51,345 bases of DNA, taken from NCBI GenBank assembly GCA_001938485.1, contig MQRK01196038.1:1-51345 (forward strand), given 5' to 3'. Position numbers and translations under genes: made by a program. Each line of letters starts with the position of its first letter. Position 1 is the first letter of the stretch. The stretch is from Girardia tigrina. Taxonomy: Eukaryota. The notes beneath the pieces are model-generated. The model saw only the letters and a list, made by a program, of their open reading frames with translations, was not told the DNA's origin and made no database searches. Below are positions 12,027 through 25,446 of the stretch, one piece after another.

Positions 12027-12589
12027 TTTATTTTTAAAAGGATTTTTGTGACTATGTCTTTTATCACGATAAAATAAATTAATATTTTAACAAATAAGAT
12101 TAAAAAATTTAAACGAATGTTAAATAATAAAAAAATTACATTTTTATTCAAATATTCGATACAAATTGCCCAACTTAATAAATCAAATAAAAAAGACTTC
12201 TAAATCTAAATTAATGAATATAATAATTCAAGATAATTTAAATAATTAATTAATTGAAAAGAAATCTTTCTAGGCAATTTTTTAAAAAATATTTAAGATT
12301 TATTCATTTAAAAAATAAAATAATATTAAATGATTTTCCAAGGAATAATTTGACAAAATAATAAAAATAATTGACATTTTTATCTTCAATCAAATATAAC
12401 ATGTAATAAAAGAAGTTTGTACAAAGTATTTGGCGTCAACATCAATGGGAAAAGTTTTTTTAATTAATAAAAATTAATAAAAATTGCATCTAGAAACTAC
12501 TAAAAAATAGGATAAAATCAAAAAGTTAAATATAATAAGAAAAATGTTTTTTTTGGTTTTTTGTTTTCTTTTTATTTTTACAAGTTCAT

Positions 12590-13066
12590 TTTATAAAACA
12601 TTTATTTTCAGAAAAAAAGTAGAATTAAAGTAAAGAAAATAAGATGGCTATTTTTGCTCAGTAAAAAATAAAACTCTCAGTATTTTAAATTGAATTATGA
12701 GTATTTTTAAAAAAATCAGTAAAAAGTTTTTTAAACTGTGTAAAAAGATTGTTTGATTTATATGTACAAAAACATTTACCTACGTTCCTAGTAACGAAAT
12801 GGTTAAACAACATTATATTTGCATTATTCTCTCGTCGACATAATATTTTTGTAATTATCTCAGAGGGCGAAGTTCCAATCAATATACCAATCCTACTTTA
12901 AGCCTCCACACACGGTAAAATAGCGGGCTGCATTTATTTACTATAATAAATGGAATTTTTTAATGGTGAGAATTCAATTTAAAAAATACTGAGAGTTTTA
13001 TTTTTGTTAATGAAAGTAAAAATATCTTGTTTTTCATTGGAAACAGTATTGAATAAATGTTTTATT
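12590..13066. repeat. Degenerate foldback/MITE with ~100-bp inverted arms
   Basis: AAAAATAAAACTCTCAGTATTTTAAATTGAATT (~12664) versus AATTCAATTTAAAAAATACTGAGAGTTTTATTTTT (~12971), plus outer ATAAAACATTTATT / AATAAATGTTTTAT. Confidence 0.5.
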
Positions 13067-15988
13067 GACGATTTATAAACCATTAGAGATAAACTTAAAC
13101 CGATATCTACTTGTATTTTCTATCTTCATTGCTTCTATATTCGTTTCTTATTGATTTGAATTGATCGCTTTATATTTGGCAAAATTTTTATTTTTATTAT
13201 TTTGTAATTTTTGTAAGATAAACATGTATAAAAAATTTTAAAAAAGAATTTAATTAAAAAATAAATTAAAAAAATTAATTAATTTTTAGTTTATGGGAAG
13301 TTGTTTAAATTAAGAGGCAAATATTTTTATATCACAAATATACAGAAGATACTAGTTTACACTTACAGGATAAAAAAACAAAAAACAAGAAATCGGTAAA
13401 CATTTACTTTTTTGCCTTTTTAGAATATTTTGTGATATGGCTTGAGCTCAACGCCTAATTAAAACCGGGGAACCTTGGTGTGTTGGGTTTAGAAAGATGG
13501 TTCTTTCGTCGTGTCACAAGTTATAATTTCTTGTTCAATTCTCTTTCTTTATTTGATTTTCTAAAAAAAATAGATAAACAGAACTTCGTCGGTTCCTGTT
13601 GGACTTGCTATTAAAAATATTTTAGTTTCCTTATTGCAGTAATGCTCACTAAGACCTGTCCAAGACATGGAAGATCACGCATGAATAGTTTATTGTAACA
13701 GAAAATTTCGATCTCGTTACATGTTTCTATATTTTATTGTTATTTTTATCTAATTAAGACTTTTTTTATCGTCATCTGATGTCGGATCAAAAATTTAGAT
13801 TTATGAAAAAAATAAATAATAAAGCTGAAATGTAAGAACAAAAATAATTGATGAGAGAATATCAACGACCCCCGCAGGTCCTTTGAGCTGCAGCTTTCAG
13901 GGAACCCCACGTTGATATAAAATAATGACATTGTAGAAAAAATAAATGTATTTTAGATTTTCTAATTAAGCCGACAGTTAGTTATAATTAGATTTAGTTT
14001 ATTATTTACAGTTTTACTTAATGTCATTTTTATTATAAAAGAAGTACACAGGCCTTACAACTTTTATATAAGTCTTGTATGGAATCGACAGTATTTGGAA
14101 TATTAATTATTTAGCATATCTTTCAATTATTATACAATCTTTCACTCTTTAAATTTAACGTATACATAATATATAATTTGTATGATTGTGAATAATTATA
14201 ACTATTTTATAATAATAAAGTATATATTAAACAGAAGAAAAACAAGTAAAGTAAAAAAATGAATTATTAAAAAGCCATGTTTATAGTGTCATTGACACTG
14301 CGCTGGAAAACTGCGGGAACCACTAAGTTCGACTGAAAGTTTCCTTGAACGAGATTCAGAACTTCTGTTTAAAGATCGGAGTCCAACTAGAAATGAGATT
14401 TCACAATCGACATGACTATACCAATTTCTGGAGTTTGACTCTGAATCAATCGCAATTTACAACAATATGATCGATTTAGAGTTGAGATTTGGGTCCCAAA
14501 CTCGAACGAGTGTTCCAATAGAGCCAGTCGTGATCGAAAAGTTACTGGTTGGTATGTGTTTTTGTATGTGTTTTGGCATGGTCCAACCGTGAGACTACAG
14601 TGTAAATCTCGAACCATTAGGTGTGATTAAAAATCTTGTCTACCTAATAGATTAGTGTTAATTGTTGATAAACATTAATGGGTCTTGAATTGCTGTTGTA
14701 GAAATTATAAAAAAATATTATTAGTAAATCCAAAATTTATTTATTGCGTAAAAATATAAAAAATCCAAAAGGTTATGAAAATTAAAAGAACACAAATTTT
14801 AACATAAGATTTAACAGAACATGTATTGTCATCGGATAATGCAACTTTACAAAATTTTTGCTCAATCAAATATTTGTACGTGGTGCACCCAATAAATGCA
14901 AGAAATGAAGTAGAAAGGAATATGAAACATAAATTATTTTTTAACTAACATTGTGGGTACGTATTGGCATTTATTTTTTAAAATTTTATTGCAGCCTAGT
15001 GCAATCATATTCGAAAAATCGATTTCTGCTCACTTTTTTAAAAATGTTAAAATTGAATCTAATTATTCATATATGGGTGTATATTCAAGTGCACGAACAC
15101 AATTTTTATATTGTGCTTCCTTCGACCTCTAAATGCTATGGTGCTTCTGCACAACTTTGTACTATAAAACACGAAATTTTTTTAATTCATTTCCGCGCGG
15201 TTTTTCGAAAATCTAAAATCGAATTCCTGCTATTTAACTATAGGTTTCTTTCTATCTGTTCAAACAGAATTGTAATATTGTGCTTCAACAACAACAACGA
15301 CCTCAACACCCAATGAACATTCGATATCACTTTGCCCTTTAAACTTTATTATAGGAAAACCAAATCAATATATTTAAATTTTAATTGCATAGTTGGATAG
15401 AGAATCCAAATTAGCCTCAAACACAATGTTTCAAACAAAATTATTTGATCATTTTGAAATTGTGAAATTTTGAATTTATCAAATTTTGCATAATTGCATT
15501 TGTGCAGCACTCTGTGCTCTACCAATCAGCACAAGTGTCATACGAATAAGCACATTTTGACACTGTGCAGCCTAGGGTAACAATCGATTAGAACTTTTTT
15601 CACTGTTGCCATGGTAAGCACACCGTTGCATAGTGCCGATCGCTAGTGCACATGTACACTATTGATTTGCACATGTGCAATATCGATTAGCACATAAGCT
15701 GACCCCCGCTCTGCGCGGGGCTTTGGTACGGGTGGTATAGATCGCTGTCAATCGATTTTTTTGTCTTTCGACTTCCGTTTATTCTTTGTTAAGTCGAATT
15801 GATTCTCTCAGTCTTAAATCAAATTTCACCGAATAAAACTCTCTCTCTCCATTGACGCCAGAGCTAATAAAAATTTGTCATCACACAATTATTCAAATTA
15901 AATGAGAGATTTCCACTCACAATTTTGGGACATTGAAATATGACCTTTGATTGTGATAATTATCACCATTCATTTTATTTCGTTGATG

Positions 15989-15991
<3 letters not shown>

Positions 15992-16026
<35 letters not shown>

Positions 16027-16143
16027 NNNNNNNNNNNNNNNNNNNNNNNNNNNNNNNNNNNNNNNNNNNNNNNNNNNNNNNNNNNNNNNNNNNNNNNNNN
16101 NNNNNNNNNNNNNNNNNNNNNNNNNNNNNNNNNNNNNNNNNNN

Positions 16144-16181
<38 letters not shown>
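15992..16181. repeat. (TA)n microsatellite spanning an N gap; others at ~11984-12022, 21208-21257, 31042-31091 (TA then TG), 36278-36317 and 44402-44433
   Basis: Seen directly. Confidence 0.95.
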
Positions 16182-16185
<4 letters not shown>

Positions 16186-17846
16186 CTTAATCCAATTTAA
16201 TAATTCCCTTATAATTTGTAAACATGTGTAACAATCAACTCTTGTTAATTTGTAGCCAACGTACCATAATGGATGACAATTTTCCTCCACCATAAAAGAG
16301 ACTGAAGCAAGCTAAACTGACTGTTCTTCTTCAGAAATATACTCTTACTAATTTTCCTTTATCTGCCACTCCAGTGACTATTTTGCAAAGTTCCTCTGCG
16401 CTGTGCCCTTCACTTCCGTCTCCAATCATTTCACCGTACTCCCAAAACCTTGATTTAACTGATCCTCATTAAACTGTGAATTATCCTGCAGTTTTGAGCA
16501 AGAAGCAATGGGAGAAATAGATTAATGGGAGAAAGAGATTAGCGAGTTTGAATTCTCGAAAATATTTGATCGCGAGAGCTCGTAAGAATCTATTTTCGAG
16601 ACAATCGCCAATCCGTCGATGGATAGTGTCAAATGTTACAAGCAATTCATTGTCGCATCGCACTTGACTTCTATCTTGCGACTGTACAACAACTATTCGT
16701 TGAACGATAAAAATGCGATGGCTCGATCGATTAAGCTCGTTGAACTTACCAATGTTGTGGAATGGAGGAACTATCACGAAAAAAACATCTATTTATACTT
16801 TCAAGTTTTACCTCTGACCATAGGTTGATAATTATTTCAAAAAGTAAAAAAAAATATTATATTGTTTTTTTGAAAGAAGATACACTAAAACGTGTTACAG
16901 TTTGATGTCATATATCAAATTTATTTTACGTTGATACTGACAAAATTTTGAAATATTCCTATATAATTTCTATATTACTTCCATTGAATTCGACCTCGAC
17001 CGACCGACGAAATCCTAGTTACAATTGTTGGGTTGAGAAACCACTAGAATAGGCAAACATGACTATCTGGAGGTGGCCACTTCCTTAAACATCAAGCTCA
17101 CGGTCTCATGCCACCATAGCAAGTCAACAGTTTCATACTTAATACTCAATTTTGACCAGTTATTACAGCACGCTAACCAAACAGTATTGACCAGGAATAA
17201 AAAAAGGCTACAAAAGTTTGAGAAGTTAATATATAAAGAAAAATTAATTCAATATAATTTTTATCTACACAATAAATTTTAATTTAACTTTTTAAAAATT
17301 ATAATTTTTTTAAAAATTTATCACTATTTTTCTGATTTTTATAATTTTAATTTTTCATTTATTTTCGGCCAATTTTATGACTTACAATAAAAAGTGATGT
17401 CACATTTGAAACAATCAAATTTTATGTATTTTTTTTTGGAAAAAAGTCGAAAACTAAACGTAAATTTTTGGAAAAAATATAAAGCTTTTAAAAAAAATAG
17501 TTTTTTCTTTTTGATTTAAGATTAGTTGAAATGTTTTTTCATGCTAAACGAAACAGATGACACTTTCGATATTTAGGTGATTTTTCCCATGTTCAGCTGG
17601 TAGCTGCCGTGACAACTTCCCGACCTGGGATTCCTCCAGGAAAACGAAATTTAATTAATAACAAAATGTTGATGTTCATAAAATTTGCCGTTTGGAAATA
17701 CAAAATTTAAATACCTTGATTGGATTAGAAATTGGAAAACAAAATTTTTTTAATTGAAAAAAAATTAAAAAATAAATATTGAGAAAATATACATTAATCG
17801 ATTTATTAATAATAAAATAATTTTTAATAATAAAAAAATAATTGAT

Positions 17847-18385
17847 GTATTAAGAACACCAATTTGACTTTTTATATTTTTATTTTAACAACAACTTTGA
17901 TTGTCCTTAAGACAATCTTTGTCTAAAGTTTCGTACATTTGCATTCTAAACTAAATTGATTAATGAATTAATTCTTATTATTTTTTAGCAAATGTGGAAA
18001 TAAATATTTTAATAAAATATTCACTCAAAACTTATTGGATAATAATTCAAATGATAATTAATTATTTAAAAAATATTAATTTGATTTATTTATTAAATAT
18101 TGTAAAAATTAATTATCTTATTTAAAATTTTAAAATTATTTGAAATTAGAAATAAATTTAAACATTACATATTTTTTAAGAATTACATATTTTTAAGAAT
18201 TAAAATAAATAATTAAAAATTAATTAACTTATTTAAAATTTTTAAATTATTTGAAATAAGAAATAAATTTAAATATTACATATTTTTTAAGAATTACATA
18301 TTTTTAAGAATTAAAATATTAGTCATCCATCTGGGTAGGAGAGACACAATTCCAAATCAACATACACATTCAAATATTCCTCACA
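17847..18385 (-). mobile_element. Solo-LTR-like repeat, family B, with internal ~110-bp tandem duplication
   Basis: Ends GTATTAAGAACACC ... AATATTCCTCACA, flanks TGAT/TGAT; strongly similar to 25447-25870 in inverted orientation. Confidence 0.75.
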
Positions 18386-18422
18386 TGATATATTTAAAAT
18401 AAAATATTTTTTGTCCAATTTA

Positions 18423-18449
18423 TTTTGATGGATCATCCGTCATCACCGG
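18423..18449 (-). ncRNA. Degenerate (likely inactive) copy of the Penelope hammerhead
   Basis: TTTTGATGGATCATCCGTCATCACCGG aligns without gaps to TTTCGACGGATCAACCGTCATCATCAG (26242-26268); both core boxes are mutated. Confidence 0.5.
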
Positions 18450-18729
18450 TAAAGACAAAATATAAGAAAAAACTATTCATATTTATGAATATAAAAATTA
18501 AAAAAAATATATATAAATAAGTTTGTTAATGTTAAGAAGTTTCATATTCCATGATCAGCAATTACAATTGAATATTTTTTAGATTTATGTTAGTTTTAAA
18601 AATGTTGATTTTAGCGGAAGATCTAGACAATTTATCTATAGTTATTCTAGATATTAATAGGTAATAATGGCAGATTTTAAAAAATTTAGTTAAAATTTAT
18701 TTTCAAAAGAATTCTATACCTCACAAGAG

Positions 18730-19200
18730 TCTTTTTATTATGTCTGTGGCATATAGTAGACAAATGTCATTACTCGCCAACTATTTAGTCAGGTAAACGC
18801 TGAAGTAAGTCCGAAGGAAGATAGTGAACGGAATATAAGATGATAGAAAATTCCAACTACAGTGGAATTAAATAGTGATAAAGTAATTGCTTTGGTAAAC
18901 CGCGAACTGGTTGATTATGAGGTTGAAGAAGATGATCATAAAGATGTCTTAAAACACTTTGAAATTCAGAAGCCGTCAAGTGTTTCAGAATTTCCTCAAT
19001 GAATGAAACAACAGTACAAATCGCATCAAATCAAGACTTTTCTATTGCGTAAAATGTACTCATATGACAAACGGAAAGCAAGATAATAAGTAAACTCAGT
19101 CTAGGTTGAGCGTAAATATATAATATTTTGGAATTATCGATCATCCGAGAAAATTAATACTCAAAATTGATATCGGACCCGAATTAGAAAACAACAGATA
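18730..19200 (+). pseudogene. Possible pogo/Tigger transposase C-terminal relic
   Basis: PTTVELNSDKVIALVNRELVDYEVEEDD acidic tail pattern with multiple stops; weak resemblance only. Confidence 0.3.
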
Positions 19201-19390
19201 TTAATGTTATAGACGACAAGGCATAACAACAGTATTGTTTTTGGAACCTTGTCACACAACATATAATTATTAAATGATTAAAACAATGTATATATTAAAT
19301 GATTAAAACAATGTATATATTATATCAAATTTTTATTGTAAATAACTAATAACACTAAGAAAAAAAGAAGATTTTTAAAACGAAGATCAC

Positions 19391-20232
19391 TGTGAAGGAC
19401 GGGCTCAATTTCAAAATTTTTGAAACAATTAATTTTTATAAAGAATTTCTAAAATAATTAAATATTTAAAATCAAAAGTTTTTAAAGTAATTTTAAGTAA
19501 AAAAATATATTTTTTCTTAATTAATTTAAAAAAGTTATTTTCGGAAATAATCAAATTTTATTTGTAGAGTAAAAAACTTAAATTGAAATTAATTCGGAAA
19601 TAATGGATTTTTAAATAATTAATTTAAAAGAAATATATAAAGACAAGGATAATTATGTTGTACTAATTTTAAAAGTTATTCTAAAAATTAAATATTAAGA
19701 TTTTTATCATTAATGTATCGTAATAATAATAAAAATTTGAATATTGTAAATTATTTTGTTGTTTTTAAATTGTATCTAAAATTTGTATGGTATTTAAAAT
19801 AATTGTAGGTAAAAAATGCTTTTAAACTGAAATATTGATAATTAAAAAAACATTAAAATCTTTATTAATGTTTCACAAAAAAAGAAATAACATTAAACTA
19901 ATTCTAAAATAATAAAAAATCATTATGGCTAATTTAGTAAAAATATGACTATAAAATTATATTGGTTTTAATTTATAAATAGTGGAATGTAAATTTTCAG
20001 AATAAATAGAATAAAAAATTTTCAATTTTAAATAACCTATCAGTTTATTTATATTTATAATTTCATATTTTTATATAAAAAATCTGGTCAAAAAGAAAAC
20101 AAAAAAGTTCCTCGACAAATATTTTTTTATTAAAAGAAAATTGTTAACTAAAAATTGTTTGAATAATTGTTAATTGTGTTATTAATAAATTTTTGGTGTT
20201 GATGAACTGTAATATTGATCAAGAACCCAACA
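19391..20232. mobile_element. Solo LTR, family A, copy 2 (inverted relative to copy 1)
   Basis: TGTGAAGGAC...AAGAACCCAACA; flanks ATCAC/TTCAC (4/5); homologous to 1069-2137. Confidence 0.8.
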
Positions 20233-20980
20233 TTCACAATGATTAAAAGGAAATGACTCAAAGGAATTACGAACTAATAAAATGTTACTTTGACAAAATA
20301 AAGTTCTTTGCTTTTTTATTTAACACTTATCTCTGCCAAATTTTTACCCAGCAAAAGTCATTATTTCGTTGTCCCTTGTATTGCTGGCAGTTGATCAATG
20401 TTGTAATGCCAGGTAATTGATTCCGATTAATTGTATTGCTTCCAAAAGTTTATGGTTATTTGTTTATTATTTTGAATTAATTATTTTTTTAAATGTTATT
20501 CCTTATTATTTATTTCAAATTTTTAAGTTTAATTATTTTAATAATTTTATTTATATGACTTTGACGACGACGTAGAATATTTTCTGTTTGGTGTATCCCG
20601 TTTCTTTTTCTTTGATTGAGCTTTATCATTTAATTTTTTTTCTTTCACCATTCCTATAAGTTGATTAATAAAAAAAATAAAGTAAAAAGGTAAATAGAAA
20701 CATAAAAACATCAGCATATGTAAATACCTTTGAATAAATAAAAATAACACACAATATTAAAAATAGAAAAATCAACAGGCTTTGACATGAATACAGGTAA
20801 GAATATAATTATAAATATATAAATAAATGTTGATATAAATATTAACTAGTTTGAATCGATTCCACATATAAATCTTGATATGACATGGTAGTGTTACTTC
20901 AAAAACGTATTCAGGTTAGCTTATTACTTATAATCCTTAAAACTTTAATATAAATCGACTTAACAATTATCTATGGAAAA

Positions 20981-21136
20981 ATCATCAGGTCACAATATGC
21001 TCTAAGTTAGCACACTAAGAGGAAGTATGACTAAAATAAATAACATTGGTGAATAAATATTATTGGTGAAATGTTTCATTCTTTAGGTATGTTTCCATAT
21101 AGTGTGTTAGCTTAGAACATTTTGTAACCTGATGAT
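20981..21136. repeat. Imperfect hairpin with ~55-bp arms
   Basis: ATCATCAGGTCACAATATGCTCTAAGTTAGCACACTA... pairs with ...TAGTGTGTTAGCTTAGAACATTTTGTAACCTGATGAT. Confidence 0.8.
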
Positions 21137-21204
21137 GGACTATTATTATCTCGAAAGGCATCGTCTTATTTTTATCCCTTGTAAATAGATTTGACTTCAC
21201 AATG

Positions 21205-21261
<57 letters not shown>

Positions 21262-21279
21262 GTATTTATTTAATATATA

Positions 21280-21530
21280 TGTCTACTATGTTAGTTTGTT
21301 TGTTTCTTTATGATCAAAATGCGAAATGGCAGAGCAAATATCTAAGGACGGGGTCAATCTGTACAACCAGCATCAAGACGCCGTGCACGTACACCGATTG
21401 TTAAATCAACAGGGTTAGGGAGAGGTAAAGTTAGTTTTAGAGTCAAGATTATGGTTCGTAGTTTGCAGTAAAGTTAAGGTTATGGTTTTGGGTTAGGATT
21501 AGAGCTAGGGTTTTGTTTAGGGTTTATGTT
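21280..21530 (+). repeat. Dispersed repeat related to the Helitron-like family, with a degenerate TTAGGG-like tail
   Basis: TATGATCAAAATGCGAAAT...GACGGGGTCAATCTGTAC...CAACAGGGTTAGGGAGAGGTAAAGTTAG, shared with 22914-23085 and related to ~28670 and ~42950. Confidence 0.6.
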
Positions 21531-22913
21531 AATATTTTAATAATTAACGCTCAGTCATTTTCTTCCTAAAATACTAATGAATTATTTTTTTTTGAAATAT
21601 CTTAAATGTTTACTACGATAAAATTTGACAGCAAAGAAAATTGATAAAGTGTTACTCGAAGAACTTAGGAAAAGACTTAATAGATAAAGACAACTTCGAT
21701 AAAAAACTCCTACCAGGTGTAGTTTTAGGGAAAACTAATTGGTGGAGTGACCACTGCAGGAAAGATTCTCCATTGAAGACGGGGTAAAAGGAAAATACAT
21801 TTCTATAAAAATATGTTATTTACACACTGTTATAATAAAATAAATTTTCATTTTTTCAATACAATCAAAAAGATTTTACTGGCCGTTCGTTGATGGCAAA
21901 ACATTTTCATTTAAATTTTTTTTATATTTTTCTCATAAAAATATTAATTTATGATTTTGCAATGATTGTCATACAAAAATAAAAAAAATTTAAAAAAAAA
22001 TAATATGACGTTATTATTTTTTCTTAATATTACTAAATTAATTACGTCTAATAGAAATTTAGAAAAAAAATTTAGATTTAAAATATTCTATTTTAATGAA
22101 ACAAATTAAACTTAAAACAAATCGGTTTTCATTCAATTAAAAAGTAATTATTATATTTTATTCGAAATAAAATTTAAAAAAATATTCTATTTAAATTCAA
22201 TCCATAAATTAAAAAAAAGTTAATTAAAAAGAGAAAAAAAACGTATTTTCAAAAAATTAAGTCTTAATAAAATAATTGATATTTTATATAATTTTATTCA
22301 TTTAATTTAAATAAGTACAGAATATTTATCTCTTTTCTCACATATTTTAAAATGGGAAAAAATGTTTTTTTTGATGAAAAACTATATTTTAGAAAATCAT
22401 AAAATTTTAAGAGACATTGAGTGGAAAATTATACATTTGATGAGAACACATGCAAATTAAATTAATTACTTCTTCCGTTAAAGAATGAAGAAATTATAAA
22501 TTTATTGAAGCGTTAATAAAGAAAAAAAGTTACCATTTCTAAAATCGAATGTTGTTTTTTCTGTTTAATTTTAATATAATACGCCATTGATATATGCTCG
22601 TTGAGATTGTCGAGGAGGACTCCTTCTGAGCTGCCCAGGTGTTCAATGTGAAGGTCTAAATAAATTAATTAGTTAATAATTCAATTAATTATAAAAGTTA
22701 ATTAATTAATTATTTGTTCTTAATGCTTTGGATCCTATATATCGTAAAAAATAATTTTTAGAAAAAGATAAAATCAAATAAANNNNNNNNNNNNNNNNNN
22801 NNNNNNNNNNNNNNNNNNNNNNNNNNNNNNNNNNNNNNNNNNNNNNNNNNNNNNNNNNNNNNNNNNNNNNNNNNNNNNNNNNNNNNNNNNNNNNNNNNNN
22901 NNNNNNNNNNNNN

Positions 22914-23085
22914 CTATGATCAAAATGCGAAATGTCAGAGGAACTACCTAAGGACGGGGTCAATCTGTACCGCCAGCATCAAGACGCTTTTTTCAGTGCA
23001 GAGCCTTTGCTGAAAGATGACGTGAAAACCGTGGACATACACCAATTGTGAAATCAACAGGGTTAGGGAGAGGTAAAGTTAGTTA
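22914..23085 (+). repeat. Second copy of the 21309-21435 repeat
   Basis: Direct sequence similarity; the copy at 21309 lacks a ~30-bp internal segment. Confidence 0.75.
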
Positions 23086-24083
23086 AGTCAAAATGACTTC
23101 ACAAATCAGAAGGGTAACGATATTCTTCCCGCGATTCAAACGCTGTATCATTTTCTGATTATTGATCAAGAGAAAGTTTAGTATTTCCCCATTTGTAGGA
23201 ATGAAAATGAAAACAAATGTCTCGAAAGTGTCAATTTGGTCAAACGAACTTTATTCAGACAAAGATAAACATAGCGAGAAGTTTCTTGACTTTCATTTCG
23301 ACAATCAAAGCATTCAATTGTTGCTACACAAAATCTGTTCATTTAGAATCTGTTTTTTACTTGGCACTCACTTTCTGACAATGTCATAAAAATGAAACCT
23401 ATTTTTGTGAAATGCATCTCTTTCAAACCATACGGGAAATAACTTTTAGTATTGATACGCTTCAATGAATAAATCTGATTTACCGCTGTACACTTGCACA
23501 ATCACAACTTGATCTATAGAAATGTGATTGTGATTATCATCAGAATAATGAGTTAATGAATCAGTGTATTTGTCGTGCTGCAGAGATTACGAGTCAAAAT
23601 GGGGGAGCGAGCGATAAAGAAGAATAAAGTTTATCTCTAAAGTTTATATATCGATAAACCAGTTACAACTGGAGGGGTGGAAGAAGAATCAAACAACCAT
23701 ATTTAGGTGGACAAACATGACTGCGCGATCTTATCAGCAGTGTTCGTTAAATGTGATATTCTTATTCAAAAAATGGCCTAGTACTGTTACGCTTGTGCAT
23801 TCAATTAACATGTAAATAGTTAAAGCTTTTATACCTTCCATCAATGACATTTAGATTCACCAAAACATGTTATAGTTTTAATCCCACTACATTTTGATAC
23901 ATTTTTACTATTTTTAATAATAATATAATACCAACATATCAATAACTTCTCTTATTACTCCTTCTGGGAATGTTTTCTTTGTTCGAAATGGTGTATAATA
24001 TTTATCATTTTTTTGTAAGACTTTTTCAGACGATGTTTAATAATAAATTATATAGATATAAAATAAAATAATTATTTGTTTAA

Positions 24084-24560
24084 CCCATTTACCCCGGCCG
24101 TCCTCGTTTGAGGACGCTTGAAAAAATTGTAACAGTGACTATATAATCTCAACCAGTCATATTTAAAGCAAATTAAGGTCATTGACTCATTACTTTGTTT
24201 ATAAAGACGTGATTAAACTTGAAAAATTTCATAAATATTCTTCTCAATAACTGAATGTTTATTTTTTCAAGAGTCATCAAAGGTTATTAAAAAATATAAT
24301 ATTAAAATACGTGAAAACTTAATTTATACACATTTATAAAAAACTATATTTTACATATATAACTTAGTTTTATATATTGTTTTCGTTGAAGTAAATAAAA
24401 ATAAACTATTTTCAGAAAAAAATAGTTTAATTGCATTTTCCACACCAAAAATATGTGCCCTACGTAAATAAACCGACAAAAGAGGAAAATAATGATTCAT
24501 TTAGCACAATTCCCTCAAACGAAATATAATCTTTGGCCGTCCGCTTTTCTGGGATTAATT
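24084..24560. mobile_element. piggyBac-like terminus with possible Cys-rich tail relic
   Basis: TTAA-CCC end, subterminal palindrome CGTCCTC-GTTT-GAGGACG (24099-24116), minus-strand GTYFWCGKCN near 24430-24460; no partner end found. Confidence 0.45.
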
Positions 24561-25446
24561 GTCTTTTTATTATTTTTTATTAAAAGAAATTTACAGTTAA
24601 TTTTCCCAATATATTAAAAATAAATCAATGTCAATTTTTACAATGTATCAAAGCAATTTAAATATTTACAGAAATAATAATGCAGAAATGGAAAATAAAA
24701 TAAATCAAAGTTGTGAATTAATTTGCAGAAATTATTCTTTTTTTCTATTTTTACAATAATATTTTTTAAAGAAAATAGTTTTTTTTTCATAATTTTTCAT
24801 AATAATAAAATAGAACAGAAAAGAAGATAAATAAATAAAAAAATTTATCTATTAAAAATATAATACAGAAGTTTCCATATTATTATTATTTTATTATTAT
24901 TAATAATGTTATTAAAAGGATGAATATTTTAAATTGTTTATGGATGTCGTGTATTTATTTGAGTGTGTTGAAATTTAAAATTTAAATTTAAAAAGTAATA
25001 ATATAAAGTAATTTTGAATATATAAAATCTTCTTAAAAAATAAAATAAGCCTCTTTTTTATGTTTTAATTAAATTTATTTAAGAAGTTTGAATAATTTTA
25101 AAATTAGTTTAATTACTTTTAAATTTCATGAAATATTTTAAAATTAAAATAATGTTTAGGAAATTTGTTCGAATAATCATTATTAAAAATTTAGAAATCC
25201 TATTAATTAGAATGATGAAAAATTGTGAGAGATTCTCAGAGTTGTGATGACTCTAAATGTAATAATACTAAATGTCAGTGCTTTTAATAATTATTATTAG
25301 TATTATTATTATTTTTTATTATTAATGAAATTATGAGAGATTTAAAAGTGCAATTTGTTGATTATTTATTAATATATCTCACACTTAGTAATAAAAATCA
25401 TTATCTTTTAATAATTATTATTAGTATTATTATTATTTTTTATTAT

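Noticed and set aside
15917-16200. ORFs across the (TA)n tract and N gap (also 22706-22963 and 42271-42456)
   Set aside because: Artefacts of gaps and microsatellites.
16260-16830. Transposase-like relic
   Set aside because: Coding-like composition but no family motif I can support.
25224-25383. TGTGAGA...TCTCACA small element
   Set aside because: Short inverted ends only, no TSD, no second copy.
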